A DNA stretch of 64,000 bases. Origin: a virus. A program made the position numbers and the translations under genes. Positions 16,461 to 29,500 of this stretch are shown piece after piece (within the stretch, counting starts at the first letter, position 1; every line of letters begins with the position of its first letter). The notes beneath the pieces were generated by a model that searched no databases, was not told where the DNA came from, and worked only from the letters and a program-made list of their open reading frames with translations. The DNA is taken from positions 64,001 through 128,000 of the IMG/VR virus record IMGVR_UViG_3300030107_007542; one strand, given 5' to 3'.

Positions 16461-19400
16461 TTAATAATCTCCTCCGGGGGGACTCAGTGATGGAGTCTCG
16501 GGCGCCATGAATGTTTCCGCTGTCGGCCTAGGGCCATGTATTCGGACGAATCTACGCAAAGCGCGAGAAGCGCGCCAATTCCAGCCGCGGCCGCGCCAGG
16601 CCTTTTTCTTCGCATCCCATTCATTTTGAGCAATTTGAAGTGCAGTTAGGGGTGGCGCACCGGGCTCCCTAATTCTAAATATCATACCACTTGAGCTATA
16701 ATACTCAGATCCATAATTGGCTGCCGGGATGTTGATATTAGTCGCCATGCTTTTATCCAAACGAAGCAGTTTCCTAACATAGTTGTTATAGCGAGCACGA
16801 TACGTGGGTTTGATGAGCTGGGCACTTTCAAAAATATTATCCCCTATGGTAAACAAATAATTAAAAGGACTTAAATGATACGTGCGACCAGGAGACGTCA
16901 TAGTCGGACACCTTTTAATACGGCATAAAACTGTACTTCCTTCACCTTTCATTTCGTTCAGTCGTCCTTCGGAAAGGATAGACCAACGCGGTCGACGAAT
17001 ATCATTTCTTTCATACCCATCCAAAAATTCTATCTTTCTTAAAGAATTGTAGTTTATATCTCTCTCAAAAGAATTAAGATCTAAAAACTCATCCACATTC
17101 TGGCGCACCCGGGCCAAAGCTAGTGATCCCTCAATAAACTGTGTGCGACGAATTTTGGGAGGGGTAAAATCTTGTGATACTCCGTCCAAAAGTTTTTCAG
17201 AAAGTGGTCCTTCTAGGGCCCGAATAGTAGCTAGATCTACCTGCAGATTGGAGACCACAATATCTGCACTACCGCTGATGCGATCCTCCTTATCGGTTAT
17301 TTCTTCCGGAAATCCTCCTGGTGCAAAGTAGTCAAGCGACGAAGCAAGCTTTTGCTCCTTGGCGGGTCGCTTTCGCATTTCAACAAAAGAAGAGAGCCCT
17401 TCGCGCAGAGGTGACATGGTAATGCCTGCAGATCCTTGGATTCCCTGCATTTTTGAAATTTTAACATCCAAATCAGCTACGGCGCCGTCGGCGGCAAAAA
17501 GATTAATTCCCGGATTGACTTTATTGTCCAATATTACCAACCCATCTGATAACTCCAGGCCTGAGCGTGAAACGCTTTGCACCTCATAAGGAGTGTAAAG
17601 ATTATAGGGCGATAAGTACCCAAACTTATTAATCTCCGGGACATTGGGATTCCCTACTTGATATTTACGTAGCTCTCGATTTAATCGCTTTATCAAGCTG
17701 TCATAGTCAAATGTGGCAAATCCATTGGGTGATTCTTGAACGTGTGACCCAACACCCAAGTAATCAAACCCTACATTGTTTTCAGAGTGTTTTTTGACAC
17801 GACGCGGCTTATGAACATACTTAATTCTTTTTACCATGCCTCGTTGAGCACCTATCTTTGAGCGCTTACTAGATGCAGCTTCGCTGCGGCCCACAGGTGA
17901 CGCGGAGATCAGGTAGCGTAAATCATTAATATATTCACTTATAATCTCCGCAAACTTACGCATCGACTCTTCAGTAGCGCTCATCGGGTTTACCATGGTG
18001 GTCAGATTTTTCTTCCATAACATGGGAGATTGATCTCCAAACCCGGAGGATCCAAACAGAAACCACACAGAAGCCAAAAACTCATTAATTAAATCAAGCC
18101 ATGAATCATCGCTCTTAATTACTTTAGCATTAACCCTTAAATATTCTCCTACATCAAAGTTCTTTTTTCCAAGGCCTTCAAAGTTAGACATAAATGACTG
18201 AAATGCTGTAAAATCGTCTGTTAGTCTAGATACAGTTTGTTGAATGGCCAGAGCAGTGTAATCTACAAATTCAAAATTCAGAGTATATTCGTAAATATTT
18301 GTTTCATCCTCCTTCATTTGAAGGTCATTAATTAAAAAGTTCACAAAATTATCGTTAGCTGTATCAAAAGGAATAATGTTTCCTTTCTTAAGGTCCGCGA
18401 TGAGGACAGGCATCTCTAGGTTTTTTGTCTGGCTTTCGGCAGTTAATTGGCTAGCCAGCTTTGATCCTTCGTCAGGCCTCGCTCGTTTCTGCCTAAACAC
18501 TGTAACGTTGCTCACTCTATAGCATGAACGCAAGGAGGCCTTATTTGTAAACACTTCCGCGAGGCGACAATGATCATTGATAAAGGCGTCATAATCCATA
18601 GCTAACCAAAGCTTGAATTCTCCTCCAGTATTGCGCGCATAGAACAAGCGCGAAAAATATCTTTTTCCAACAGTAGAGCGGACTCTTTCAAAATGACGCA
18701 TGTTAGTCTTGTTAATGTTAGTTGCAGTGACTACAAAATTATCTAAGTTAAAGTTCTCAATGTCTTTTAAAAGACGCAAGTCTCGAACCTTTTGATTGCT
18801 AACTTTTACCCTTTTAAGCACACAACTAGGGTGGATTCCGGGGCGTTGGCCGGCGAAATATGTCGATCCCTGCATATGTACGGGGCCGACCCAAGCTTCG
18901 CCTTTTTGCCCCACGCTATCCACGGTCTCATCTAACATAAACAAAGAAGTAACGGAACTAGGCTTACCCCCCTTCATGATAGTCTCTACAACAGGAGGAC
19001 CAATTTCAAACTTTTTATTTTGAGGAACTCCTGCTTTGTTCATCTCCGAGGCTTCGCTATCTAATTCATACGCCACGCAATAAAGCCAAAGGTTCTGACC
19101 CTGTGTGAGATAAACATCAACATCTAACGGCACTTCTCGGGTTATAACACCGATACCGGAGTCTTTATTAATCACATGCTTGATCTTGCCCTCTGTAACA
19201 AAGTCTTCGATGCCAATATATTTCTTTACCATAGCGCTTTTTGTGGTGGCTGTCTTTTTGTTCGAGATTTCGTAACGCAGAGCGCTCTCTTTTTCTTTTA
19301 GGTTTTCTAGGGTCTTCGCATCATTTATGAGTGCTACAAACAACCCAAATGAGCGACCCTCTTCAATCTTAGACACCTGCAGGCTCAAATCTATTTTAAG

Positions 19401-19502
19401 ATTTGTCATATTAGGGTCTTCGTCGGAAATCATGATTTCTACGCTCTTAACCAAAGGAAGAGGAATCGGGCGCTCAAATGCTGAGGCTGCTATATTTCCC
19501 AT
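16461..19502 (-). CDS. Large hypothetical virion-associated protein (~1013 aa)
   Basis: Long ORF, TAATG-coupled start at 19502, within the tail operon; no recognisable family. Confidence 0.4.
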   Translation of the reverse strand: MGNIAASAFERPIPLPLVKSVEIMISDEDPNMTNLKIDLSLQVSKIEEGRSFGLFVALINDAKTLENLKEKESALRYEISNKKTATTKSAMVKKYIGIEDFVTEGKIKHVINKDSGIGVITREVPLDVDVYLTQGQNLWLYCVAYELDSEASEMNKAGVPQNKKFEIGPPVVETIMKGGKPSSVTSLFMLDETVDSVGQKGEAWVGPVHMQGSTYFAGQRPGIHPSCVLKRVKVSNQKVRDLRLLKDIENFNLDNFVVTATNINKTNMRHFERVRSTVGKRYFSRLFYARNTGGEFKLWLAMDYDAFINDHCRLAEVFTNKASLRSCYRVSNVTVFRQKRARPDEGSKLASQLTAESQTKNLEMPVLIADLKKGNIIPFDTANDNFVNFLINDLQMKEDETNIYEYTLNFEFVDYTALAIQQTVSRLTDDFTAFQSFMSNFEGLGKKNFDVGEYLRVNAKVIKSDDSWLDLINEFLASVWFLFGSSGFGDQSPMLWKKNLTTMVNPMSATEESMRKFAEIISEYINDLRYLISASPVGRSEAASSKRSKIGAQRGMVKRIKYVHKPRRVKKHSENNVGFDYLGVGSHVQESPNGFATFDYDSLIKRLNRELRKYQVGNPNVPEINKFGYLSPYNLYTPYEVQSVSRSGLELSDGLVILDNKVNPGINLFAADGAVADLDVKISKMQGIQGSAGITMSPLREGLSSFVEMRKRPAKEQKLASSLDYFAPGGFPEEITDKEDRISGSADIVVSNLQVDLATIRALEGPLSEKLLDGVSQDFTPPKIRRTQFIEGSLALARVRQNVDEFLDLNSFERDINYNSLRKIEFLDGYERNDIRRPRWSILSEGRLNEMKGEGSTVLCRIKRCPTMTSPGRTYHLSPFNYLFTIGDNIFESAQLIKPTYRARYNNYVRKLLRLDKSMATNINIPAANYGSEYYSSSGMIFRIREPGAPPLTALQIAQNEWDAKKKAWRGRGWNWRASRALRRFVRIHGPRPTAETFMAPETPSLSPPGGDY

Positions 19503-20542
19503 TAGCACGGCTCCTCATCGTCGGCAGCAATACCGAGAAAGTCACCCTGCTGGTCGTCCGGGGCTCTTTCGACATCAACGCGTCGGCTACCATAAAGATC
19601 ACCCTCTAGATCAATGCGATCGTCAGTCACGCCAGGTGTCAAACCTTCATTGTGAGTAATGGCTCTTTCATTAATGCCATACACAACCGCCGTATCCATG
19701 GGAATGTCAAAGTCGCATAAGAAATTTAAAAAATATTCCACATCGTCTTGAGTGGGGGCCGACAAGCGCTGATCCTGATAATTGAGTTGTCGCAATCCTT
19801 CGTCTGCGCCTGAAACGTACACTTCGCAATAAAAATTTTCCTTCTCGTACAGCGTGTTTTCTTCTTGCAGATCGATTAATATGTAATCCTCTTTGACTGC
19901 AATATTTATCCCCTTCTCGTTCGCGTTTGTTACAACCTTAAATTTATTTTTACTTCGAGAATCTGTCGTATAAAACATGCTATAATCCATAACAATATCA
20001 ATTTGAGGAATCTCTCTAATCACGCCATTATTGGTAGTGGCCGCACTGCTTGTTAGGTTAACTGTATAATAGTCTTGGCTTGCAGAAATCTCGTTACTAA
20101 GCATGGTGACGCCCCATGCTGGCGCATATTGAGAAGTAAGAGCGCTGGTTCCGATTGGATCGGTTGCAACAAAAAATTTCTGATCAAAGTGGGGTACCGA
20201 GTCAAAAGCATCTGCAAAATTAATCGAATTAAGTGATAAGCCTTTTTTATTGATATTGGATTCCACAGCCTTTTGAAACTGGCGCACCCTGGTTTCGACG
20301 CCGGTTGTGTTTGACTGGGGCTTTAGATTCGGTGTTTCGTAGCGGATTCGACGGTCAGCATCTTTAGGTTCTTCTACTCTGACTCCTTCGTTGGAAGACT
20401 CAACTTTAGCGACGTCGTAAAGTATCTCTTCATCATAAAAAGCATAAAATGCAGGCTTTAAGCGTCCTTGTGAAAGTAGGTATTTACCATACTCGGTCAA
20501 CTGAACGTCTAACACTTCTTCTTTTTTGTTAAAAAACTCCAT
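19502..20542 (-). CDS. Tail-associated structural protein (N-terminal paralogue of 11404..12357)
   Basis: DVQLTEYGKYLLSQGRLKPAFYAFYDEEILYD aligns by eye with DAVLTDTGRMRLAKG...KFALGDDEIDY. Confidence 0.5.
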   Translation of the reverse strand: MEFFNKKEEVLDVQLTEYGKYLLSQGRLKPAFYAFYDEEILYDVAKVESSNEGVRVEEPKDADRRIRYETPNLKPQSNTTGVETRVRQFQKAVESNINKKGLSLNSINFADAFDSVPHFDQKFFVATDPIGTSALTSQYAPAWGVTMLSNEISASQDYYTVNLTSSAATTNNGVIREIPQIDIVMDYSMFYTTDSRSKNKFKVVTNANEKGINIAVKEDYILIDLQEENTLYEKENFYCEVYVSGADEGLRQLNYQDQRLSAPTQDDVEYFLNFLCDFDIPMDTAVVYGINERAITHNEGLTPGVTDDRIDLEGDLYGSRRVDVERAPDDQQGDFLGIAADDEEPC

Positions 20543-20550
20543 TACCCTTC

Positions 20551-23500
20551 TCAGTCTTCCTGGTTATTGTTTAGATCGTTTAGGATCGCTGTTGCTTCTG
20601 CCTCCGTATAATCTCCAACGAACCGAGATTGTCCAGTAGGGTCCGAACCGGGCGAGGCGGCGAGTCTCGGTGCCGGCGGGGGATCCTCCCACGGGGCGGT
20701 ATCGAGTCCCTTGGACACATACTCCACATTCTCGTCAATTTTAAGTAGTTCTACTAGTGAGAAATAATCATACGGCCAGTTGAAGCTATAGGGAGATTCA
20801 ATGGACGCAGGCACCAGAGGCCTATCCTTTGTCAGACCTCGCTTAGAAAGGATATCATAATCCTTGGTAGCACGTTGCTTGACCTTAAATACCAACCACT
20901 GTATATCGCCTGTGCCGAAAATTCGATCCGTGAAGAAATCCGATATATTAACAGTGCTACTTTGCTTTTGCATCTTCTGGATGCTCTCAGGGGGCAGGTT
21001 TTGCCACATGTTTTGCAAATCCTTTTTAGAGAATGTTTGTGTGAATTCGAAAGCATCGAAAAAGACCGGTCGGACTGATCTATTGATAAGGAAATCAAGC
21101 GTGGGAGGTACAATGTACCGCTCTAAAATCTCAATTTGTCGATTGTAACGGCTGAGTTGTTCTTCCCAATAATTAACCGAAGCGGTGCGGCCGCTTTCTC
21201 TGGCTCTTTGAGCAAACTCAGCGGAGCGCTGGAGGTGGATAGTTCGCGGGAGTCTTATGAATTCCCTCTCTCCTCGCACAGATCGGAACGGAACCACAAG
21301 CACAGCTTCTCGCACTGTCTTACTAGTAGAAAGTTCACCGACCCTTTTGCTCCTACTATTGCCAAAGCCCACAACCTGACGCAAGGATTCAACCTCAATT
21401 GCACCATGTTTTTCTGAGTGATACTTCTTTGGTAGATCCTCAATCCCTAGGAACACTCCCTTGTCTGGCTCTGGCACCCGGCCATATTGGTGCCACATGC
21501 CTCGAATTTGGAACGGTGCTGTGGAAGAAGTCACATCAATTGGGGCTGCAGCACCGCCTCCAACAATTGATGAGGTGGGATGTGGCAAGCAAGGGGTGTC
21601 ATAAAAATCAAACATGGGGGTTTCAAACTTCGTTTGCACAACCCACTGGACTTTCTGCTGGCTGGTTCCTTCAGGGATTGCCAAGATCTTATCAAAAATA
21701 TTAACACTCGCACTCAATTGCATCTGAACATAGTCGTAATCCCTCTTTAGATCAGATCCCGTGACGTACCCAATACAACTCGCACTCAAGTTGGTGGAGG
21801 AACTTAACTGCAAATTATTCTCGATCCGGCGGCTATAAACAACATCGGCGGTGGAAACAATGTCTTGCAGTGTTGGACGATCATTATAAGGAGCTTGGAA
21901 TACAATGTCCGCATAAGCCAATCCATTATAATAAGGAGGCGTCAGGTGTGCGAAGGTAATGCCGGATCCACGACTTCCCGAAAGTGCCAACGGAGTTCCA
22001 AAGGCGCTAGCGCGACTATACATGCCAAAAGTTGGATTTCCAATATCATCCGAAGATCTCTCAAGTAAAACCCGCATGCCATAATACTTGTTTTTCTGGA
22101 CGGGCCGGAATGCATCTTCTTCCTTCGACACGTAACTAGTCAAACCATCTTGGAAAAAGTTAACTGTCTCGCATAAGAAATTATCAATTGCCAGCTCATA
22201 CATAGGATTAACCACGTTCCCATCCCAGCGAATCTTATTCTGACTTTGATTACCGAGTGTTCCGTAGCTGACAACGTCCACAATTGACCCGGATCCATCG
22301 TAACCATTAGTCCCCTCACCGGAGAAAGAGAAGACGGAGGAGTTCACACCGCGGACAGATGCAGCTATGCTCGAACTCATCGACACTCCTGTATCATATA
22401 ACCATCCAGCGCCGAGGCCCCCTTCGGGCTCGGCGGCTGCTGCCGAAGCCGTGTTCACAAGAACGCCAGCTGACCAACTGGGTGGTGGCACCACTTCAGA
22501 TCCAGAAGACAACGCCTTCGCAGACATATAATCCTGGGGTCGACGAATTGCCTCAAATGGTATCTTTTGCAGATAATACCCAAAACGAGAACCTGTCGCA
22601 GCTGTATAGATGGTGTTATAGGTATCGGCAGCTACCTGCCGGAATCTGATCGGCATCCAGGCTTTAATTCCGGCGCTGGAGCTATGGCCCACGTTAAGGC
22701 AAGCAAAGGAAGCCGAGTTAACCGACGACGACTGATATGACGCCGACGAATTAAAATTGAACTCCGAGTATCCTTCGAGGGGGGCCCAGTGCTGGTTATT
22801 TGTCGCATCGCCGGCGGCTTCCCAAGCAGAAGCAGACGCTGCTGCAGCACCGTAAACCTGACTGCCGGGGCGTTTTGCAGCGATACCAAGGGCACCGAGT
22901 TGATCGAAATCATAAGAGTCGCAATATTCTCCCTGTTTCAAATCGCCCGGGTTGGAGGCGGTATTGCGAATAATATAGTTCCCCACCGCCAATCCGGACT
23001 TTATGGTATTAAAAAGAATTCCTGGTGAGAACAGTGGTTCAAGCAGAATTCGAGAGAGCGTCTGATTCGGAGTGGCTGCTGGACTCTCTACACCGCCATT
23101 AATGGCGAATGAGGGTGCACTTCTTGTGCCTGGTAAGAATGAGCCCATGGATTGAGAGAAATATGAAGCAAGCTTAACAGTTCTTTCCGCAGGATAGAAG
23201 CCCTTATATGGCAGGAAAGATGTAAAAGCAGTTGCCTGCAGTGTGGTTCCATGGCGAACAATGTTATCATCTTCTGTGGTTCCACGTGGGCCGCGTAGTT
23301 CATCGTCGACCACCTTAAACAACTCTAAGAAATCTGTGGTGGCATACACGCTATAGAAATCTTTAGTCGTCGAGTCGAGAGAGGATCCAGTTAAGTCAAG
23401 CAAATTTCCTAACTTTGCCAAGAAACCATCAGAAGCGGGCTCAGTGGTCTCGTTACCCAAGTAAGTTTCTAAATGTTCGCTAATTCTATACTCGGGCACA

Positions 23501-26500
23501 ATCGAACAATCTTTTCCAGCAAGTCGAAGATTCTCCGAGTAGTCCACATAGGGCTGGTACGGATCAAGGTTTTCTTGATACTGGGCCACCCAAGGATGGA
23601 ACCCCATCAATGTATGATTGGCTGGAACGAGTTGCGCGGCTTTGTAGGGATAACCTCCCTGAACTCGGGCGGGTGTTTCAGGAAGAGGTCGAATATAACT
23701 GCACGCAGGGCGGCAGGAATTAGATATAACAGTGAGGATCGTCGCGGCGTTGCCGGCACTAAAGAAATAGCTGTATGTGTTTTGAAGCTCGCCGGCACCA
23801 GACCCGGTTCCAGCCCCTATCAGGTTCTGGAATAAAGAGCGAACCCCATTACCGAGCTGGTCTTCTCCCGAGAACAGAGCGAATGGTACCGCTCCTGTGA
23901 CAATGGCTGCAAGGCCGCCCGAGACCTTTTGCGCAATAGATGCCGTATTCTGAATTGCATACCCAGTGGAATTGTAAGATCCACTATTGGCAAGACCTAT
24001 CGAGGAGGTTATAAGGGTATATTTCTGTGGAGCATCAAGGGGCCACGGAGAGGCATCCAAAGAATTTACTGATTGTAGTTTAGCGCCGATACCGAAGAAG
24101 AATTCCGACGGGTCGACAGCATACGACGGAACGGCGCCAGTGGGAGCCTGGGGCGTTGGGACAAAATCATCCATCCCTTGTGAATTTAAAAACTTGCCAG
24201 TACGGAGGGGCCGATCTTTATTCCAAATGTTTTCTATAGAATAGTTTGGTCGTGTGCGCACACGCGTCTGGTATACATTTACAGATCGTGGGTAGACGCG
24301 CTCGCCGTATGATGCATACACGGCCATGTCTGCATCCCCAGTTTTGTCAATATAATCTTGAACTTCATTAAACGCCTGATTGTTTCTGACGTCCGGACGC
24401 AAGTCTAATCTGTTGTTAAGACCATTATTCGAAAAATAACCCATATTATTGCCATAAGAAACCTGAAGCGACACATCATTGCCGCGGTCGGGGTTTTCTG
24501 ACATGTCCTCAAAGGCGGCTACAAAGGGCTTGTACCTACTATCTATAGGCTGCTCAACATAGTCTATGGTTGCATTAGGAGACTTTCCGCGGAGGAAGTT
24601 GATAGCGTCTGTTCCGCCCTCTACAAACTGTGGTATCATAGCGGGTGGCTCCGCTATAGAAATCAGGTTGGCGTGTCGCAGGGCTCGCGCAACTGGGTGC
24701 TCCCCCGTTCGCACTTGCTTCCAGGAGGGGTGTTGATATGGGCCATTAAGATTTAACATGGCATGATTAAAGGTAACAAAAGAGTCGCTTAATCGGGAGC
24801 CGGAAATGTAACGATATTCATTTGAACCAGAAGCGTATTTACCCGCCCAGGCACCGGTGACGGGGTGGGCCCATACTTGTCGGTAAGAGGAACTTTCGTG
24901 CGCGGCGAGGCCTGGAGTAGTGGAACCCGTATGGATGCGGTATTCTGATATAACTTCGGACGCAGGATTGACCTCAGATGACCCTGTGGTGCCAGTATTA
25001 ATAGCATGTGCATCACCCACTACATCCTCAATGAATTGGTTTGTGGCACGTGAGCCCCCATTACCCATTCGATACCAATTGGTTAGATTGGCCTTGGGCT
25101 CCCAGTTATCCAAAATATTGCCACGACGCTCAAAAAGTTCCCCAACTTCAGGCGCGCTTAAAACTTTATTGTAAACTTGAAATTCATTAATTAAACCAAG
25201 GAAGGGATATCCTATGGTAGGCAAACCTATATTGCCCAATGCGATGGAGCCCTGACCGCCAGGTGCCGGGTAAGTTAACCCTTGAGAGGCACTGCTGTTG
25301 TTGAAGATGGTTCCAGAGGTAACTTGGCCTTTGCCATCCATGGAGACACCGTTAACATACATTTTTATAGCATCATAGTCGCGGTCCTTACCACCCGCAT
25401 GAAGTACACAAGATGGGTCCGTGCCATTATAGCTAACTGCCAAGTGGTACCATGTGTTCGGCATGAACACACCGCCGCGGCCGGTGGTCAAATTCCAGGC
25501 AGAACTTGTTATCCACATGCTGGCCTTTGAAGGGGAGCTTGTAATGCTCGTGCCTGTGGAAGATGAAAGGTCGCCAGCGCCTCCCGAAATTATTAATTCA
25601 GGGACCCAGCAAGCAACCGATGAAGAGTTATTTTGGCCGACCTGGACACGGGGCCACATGTATAATTGGACTGGAGCATCGGTGTAGACAACCCCGGAAC
25701 CAGCCGGCTTTGTCCAGCTGAACAGTGTCATGACCATGGCTTCCCGATAGGCAGCGTCCATTGAGCCGGAGCCGGGCCAATTCTCCCCGCTCCCAGCGAC
25801 AAGGGTCGAGCCTGTATTGGCTATAGCATTGATGAAAGAACCGCTATAATCAATCTTAAACCACGTAGCTATGGTCCACGCTGAATTTGGTCCCACTGAG
25901 TTTCCGCGACCAGTGGCCGAGGCACTATAGGCAATCGGTGCAGCATATTGGACCCAGTCGCTCGCGGCGCCACATAAAAAGTTTGGACCCTGTCCGCCGG
26001 CGGGGCCGTTTATGGAAATGCCGTGACCAGAGCCACTTATTCTCAGGGACTTGTTGTTCTCCTGAAGCGCAGGAGGTTCCAGCACATGTGTATCCAAATT
26101 CGCATAACGCATTACTTGCGGACTATAAGCAAAGCCAGCAATATTAACACTTGCGCTAGTGACTAGTGATGTCCAGTTCGGTTCCCAAAGCTGATTCATG
26201 GAAGTGGCAGCATCGTCCGCGGTGCCATAGGTGCCGGAGGGACGTCCCTGGAAAGGATAGCGGCCAGGGAAGTAATTACCTGAGGGGCTTGTTAGGCCTC
26301 GCTCAACGTATGCAGAAATTTCAGAGATCTTTGGAGCCGTAGTCGCGCCGTCTGGGGGGACGATCTGCTGATCAAACCCATAAAACGGAACATCTGCTTC
26401 CAGAGATGCTGTAACCCACGCGTAGTTTCGCTCAGCATTGGGAACACCATGTTGTTCATACAGGTTGTCATACACAGAACCCGTAATGATTGGCCAATCG

Positions 26501-29500
26501 GAGGGACTGCTTGGAATCAAAGATTGATAGGTGCCGTAGCCATCAAAACCGTTGGCCGCTATGAGATCGCAACCGAAGCCGGCATTAAAGAACTCCGCCG
26601 CCTTCGGTGCCACGTTATATATGTTAAAGGAATCCCGATGATTCATCACGCCATCGTCTGGTTTTTTCCATATGCTGCTGTCGGAGAATCGCCACCAAAC
26701 CGCAAGATTATCAATTTTCATTTTGGCCAAATCATACAGTTGGTGATGATTATAGATTCGTGATACTTCAGCGGCACTTAGCTCAACATTCCATATTCCC
26801 ATGTTACTTAGATTGCCGGCAAACTGGCCAGAAGCAGCGACTGGATTAAGGGTATTAGCAAAATACCCCAGCCATATATTGCCGGTGGTTCCGGTATATA
26901 TATCCGTGGGACTATTAAGTTGTTGTACAACAGTGGTATCTAGGACTCCATCAATGTATATTTTCATATAGTTGGCAGTATTGCTCCCACCAGGATCCCC
27001 ACCCGCAAAAGTACAAACTACGTGAATCCACGACCCGGCTGCGACTACCCCGGAACTTTTCACGACGCCGTCCTGGGTGCCCTCTATGCCAAAGCGAAGG
27101 GTGTTATCACTATTTTGTATGTATATACCACGCTTAACATTACCACCAGAGGAGCCGTCACTAAAAATCCCCTGGCCGGTGCTGCCAGCTCCGAGTACGC
27201 CTTCGTTCATCCAAAAGGAAATACTAAAGGCTTTAGCGTTCGAGCCGGCGCCGCCGATAAGATTACTCCAAGCTGTACTGTCCCACGCTCCTAGGCTGAG
27301 CCGGTCGCCGTCGTCGGGGTAGAAATGTATTGATCGAGTTTCCCGGGCAAGTTTGAGCCTCTTTTTTGTATTCCTTTGTGTCTTGTGAAAACTAGCAGAA
27401 GTAACAATGCCATCGCCAAGGATGCCATCGCTGTTGCCAACCTGAGAAGCTGACAAAGTTAGCTCGCCAAATGCTGAGTCGGCGCCGAAAGGACCACAAT
27501 GAAGTGTCGAAAGCTGATTTAACCCACGTGGGTGGTCAATCTGATCCAAGGGAGCAACGATAGATGCTGAGGCTGGGGCGCTGGCGCTCGTGGGTATGCC
27601 ATAGTCAATGACAGTCCGATTGCGATAAGGAAGTGCGTTATAAACCGAGAACTCTTCATGCGCGGGATCCATGTAACCTTGAGATCTTACGTCATAGCCG
27701 CCTGGAGCACTGAATCGATTAACAATTACCGTTTGGTTTGAGTTGGAGCCTGTTCGAATTGGGAGTGCATAATCAAGGGTGCCGCTTGGGTTTGTTGTTG
27801 GCCCCCAGCCGCCAACCATGGGACTATCTGTCGTTATCGCAGTCGACGCCAAGTTGGTCGCCGTACCGTCCCATGAAGAAGAGTTGGCGCTGTGAATTGT
27901 GCCGTTATATGTATCGACAGCATCCCCAAGGATTGCTTTTCCGTCGCCCAGAGGCCACCAAGAAACAAGGCCATCGCCTACCAGTTCTACGATGTTAATA
28001 CGGCGCCCTTCTCCATACAATGTGGTAACTTCTGCCGCACTTAGCTCTCGACCCCAGACGGCCGCATCACACATATATTGCTCGCCTTCGACCGCGCCCA
28101 AGCCGCCACCGTTTGCCGCAAGAGTAAAACCATAAGTGGAAAGAGCGACGCCTGGGGTGGAATTCGCGGTTGCGGTTGACGCCAACGTCCCATCCACATA
28201 AATTTGAGGTACCGCGGTTGCGCCGCCAGCAAACGTAACAACTACGTGGTGCCATGTATCTAGAGCGACCACATTAGAAGTCGTATAGGCGTAGTTGCCC
28301 GTCCCGGTCCCGCACATTAACTTCCCGGTGGTACCATAATATACAAAGCGGCGGAAGCCGGTGGCGTAGACGCCGAAAGTCCAAATGTATTCATAATTCA
28401 CAAAGGCAGTAGTTGGTTTAATCCACGTTGAAACAGTAAAAGGCTTTTGGTTGCCACTAGCGCCGCCGACGATCGGGTCCCAGGCTGCCGCGGTGCCAAA
28501 GCTGGCATAGTCATCCGACCCATCGAAATATATACTCTTGGTAGGCGGATCCATAAGAACAGTGCGGCCGCGGGTGGCAGGAGTTTCCGGATTGGGAGCA
28601 AACGTAAATGTCCCCTCACGGAAATAAGGATCGTTCTGCGATCTTCCCGCGGTTTGAATGACTTCGTAGTTCTTCGTATAGTTGCCAATTCGATTATGAT
28701 CGATTGTCCCGGACATGGACTGACTCAAAGACGCCGTCGTCATGAGAATGTTCTTGATGTTTACGGGGCGCTTGGCATGCTCTCCGCGCGGCAGGTTTGC
28801 TTTGGGTCTGTCATAGAGGTTTGTAGTGCCGCCGGCTGTGTCCAACTCAGGATACTGCGGCGAGACCACCTGTAGATGGCCCGAGGATGCCTTCCAGGGG
28901 CTTCCGGAGTTGGAGCCCGTGAACTCGTGACCCATCTGCACTCGGAAGCCTTCAGGGCGATTCACACGGCTGTCAAGGCCATTGAAGTTATTGGCCATGG
29001 TGAGCGGATCGGAAATACTGTCGGGGGATCCAGATTGGTTCAGCTCAATATGACGGTGCTGTCGGCCTCCAACAAACTTCTCAGTAAAGGGCCCCTGCAT
29101 TGGAACATCTGTCTGATCTGAGGCAAGGTCAGCATGCATGTTGGTGATGATTGTGCTGCCAGTAAAGTTCGACATCTCGCTTGATAGAGCATCACTAATA
29201 GATGAGCTGTACAGACTAAAGGGTGCAACCGTGGCACCGTCGGCGTCTCTCTCGTACACTTCATAACTTGCCGACTGGACTCCCATTCCAAATCCATAAC
29301 GAACTTTCTGAGCTGGGAAATATTCATCTGAGGAACTGATCAGGCTTTCTACATCAGCAGACTTTGCCACCATGATGTTGCTCGGTACAGCACCATAGGT
29401 TCCCTGACCCACTGTGGGGCCGGCTGGTGCCGTCGCCTCATACACCACACCCTTGCGCTGACTTGGGTGTCTGGCGACGCCTCCGAGGACCACAGAGCCT

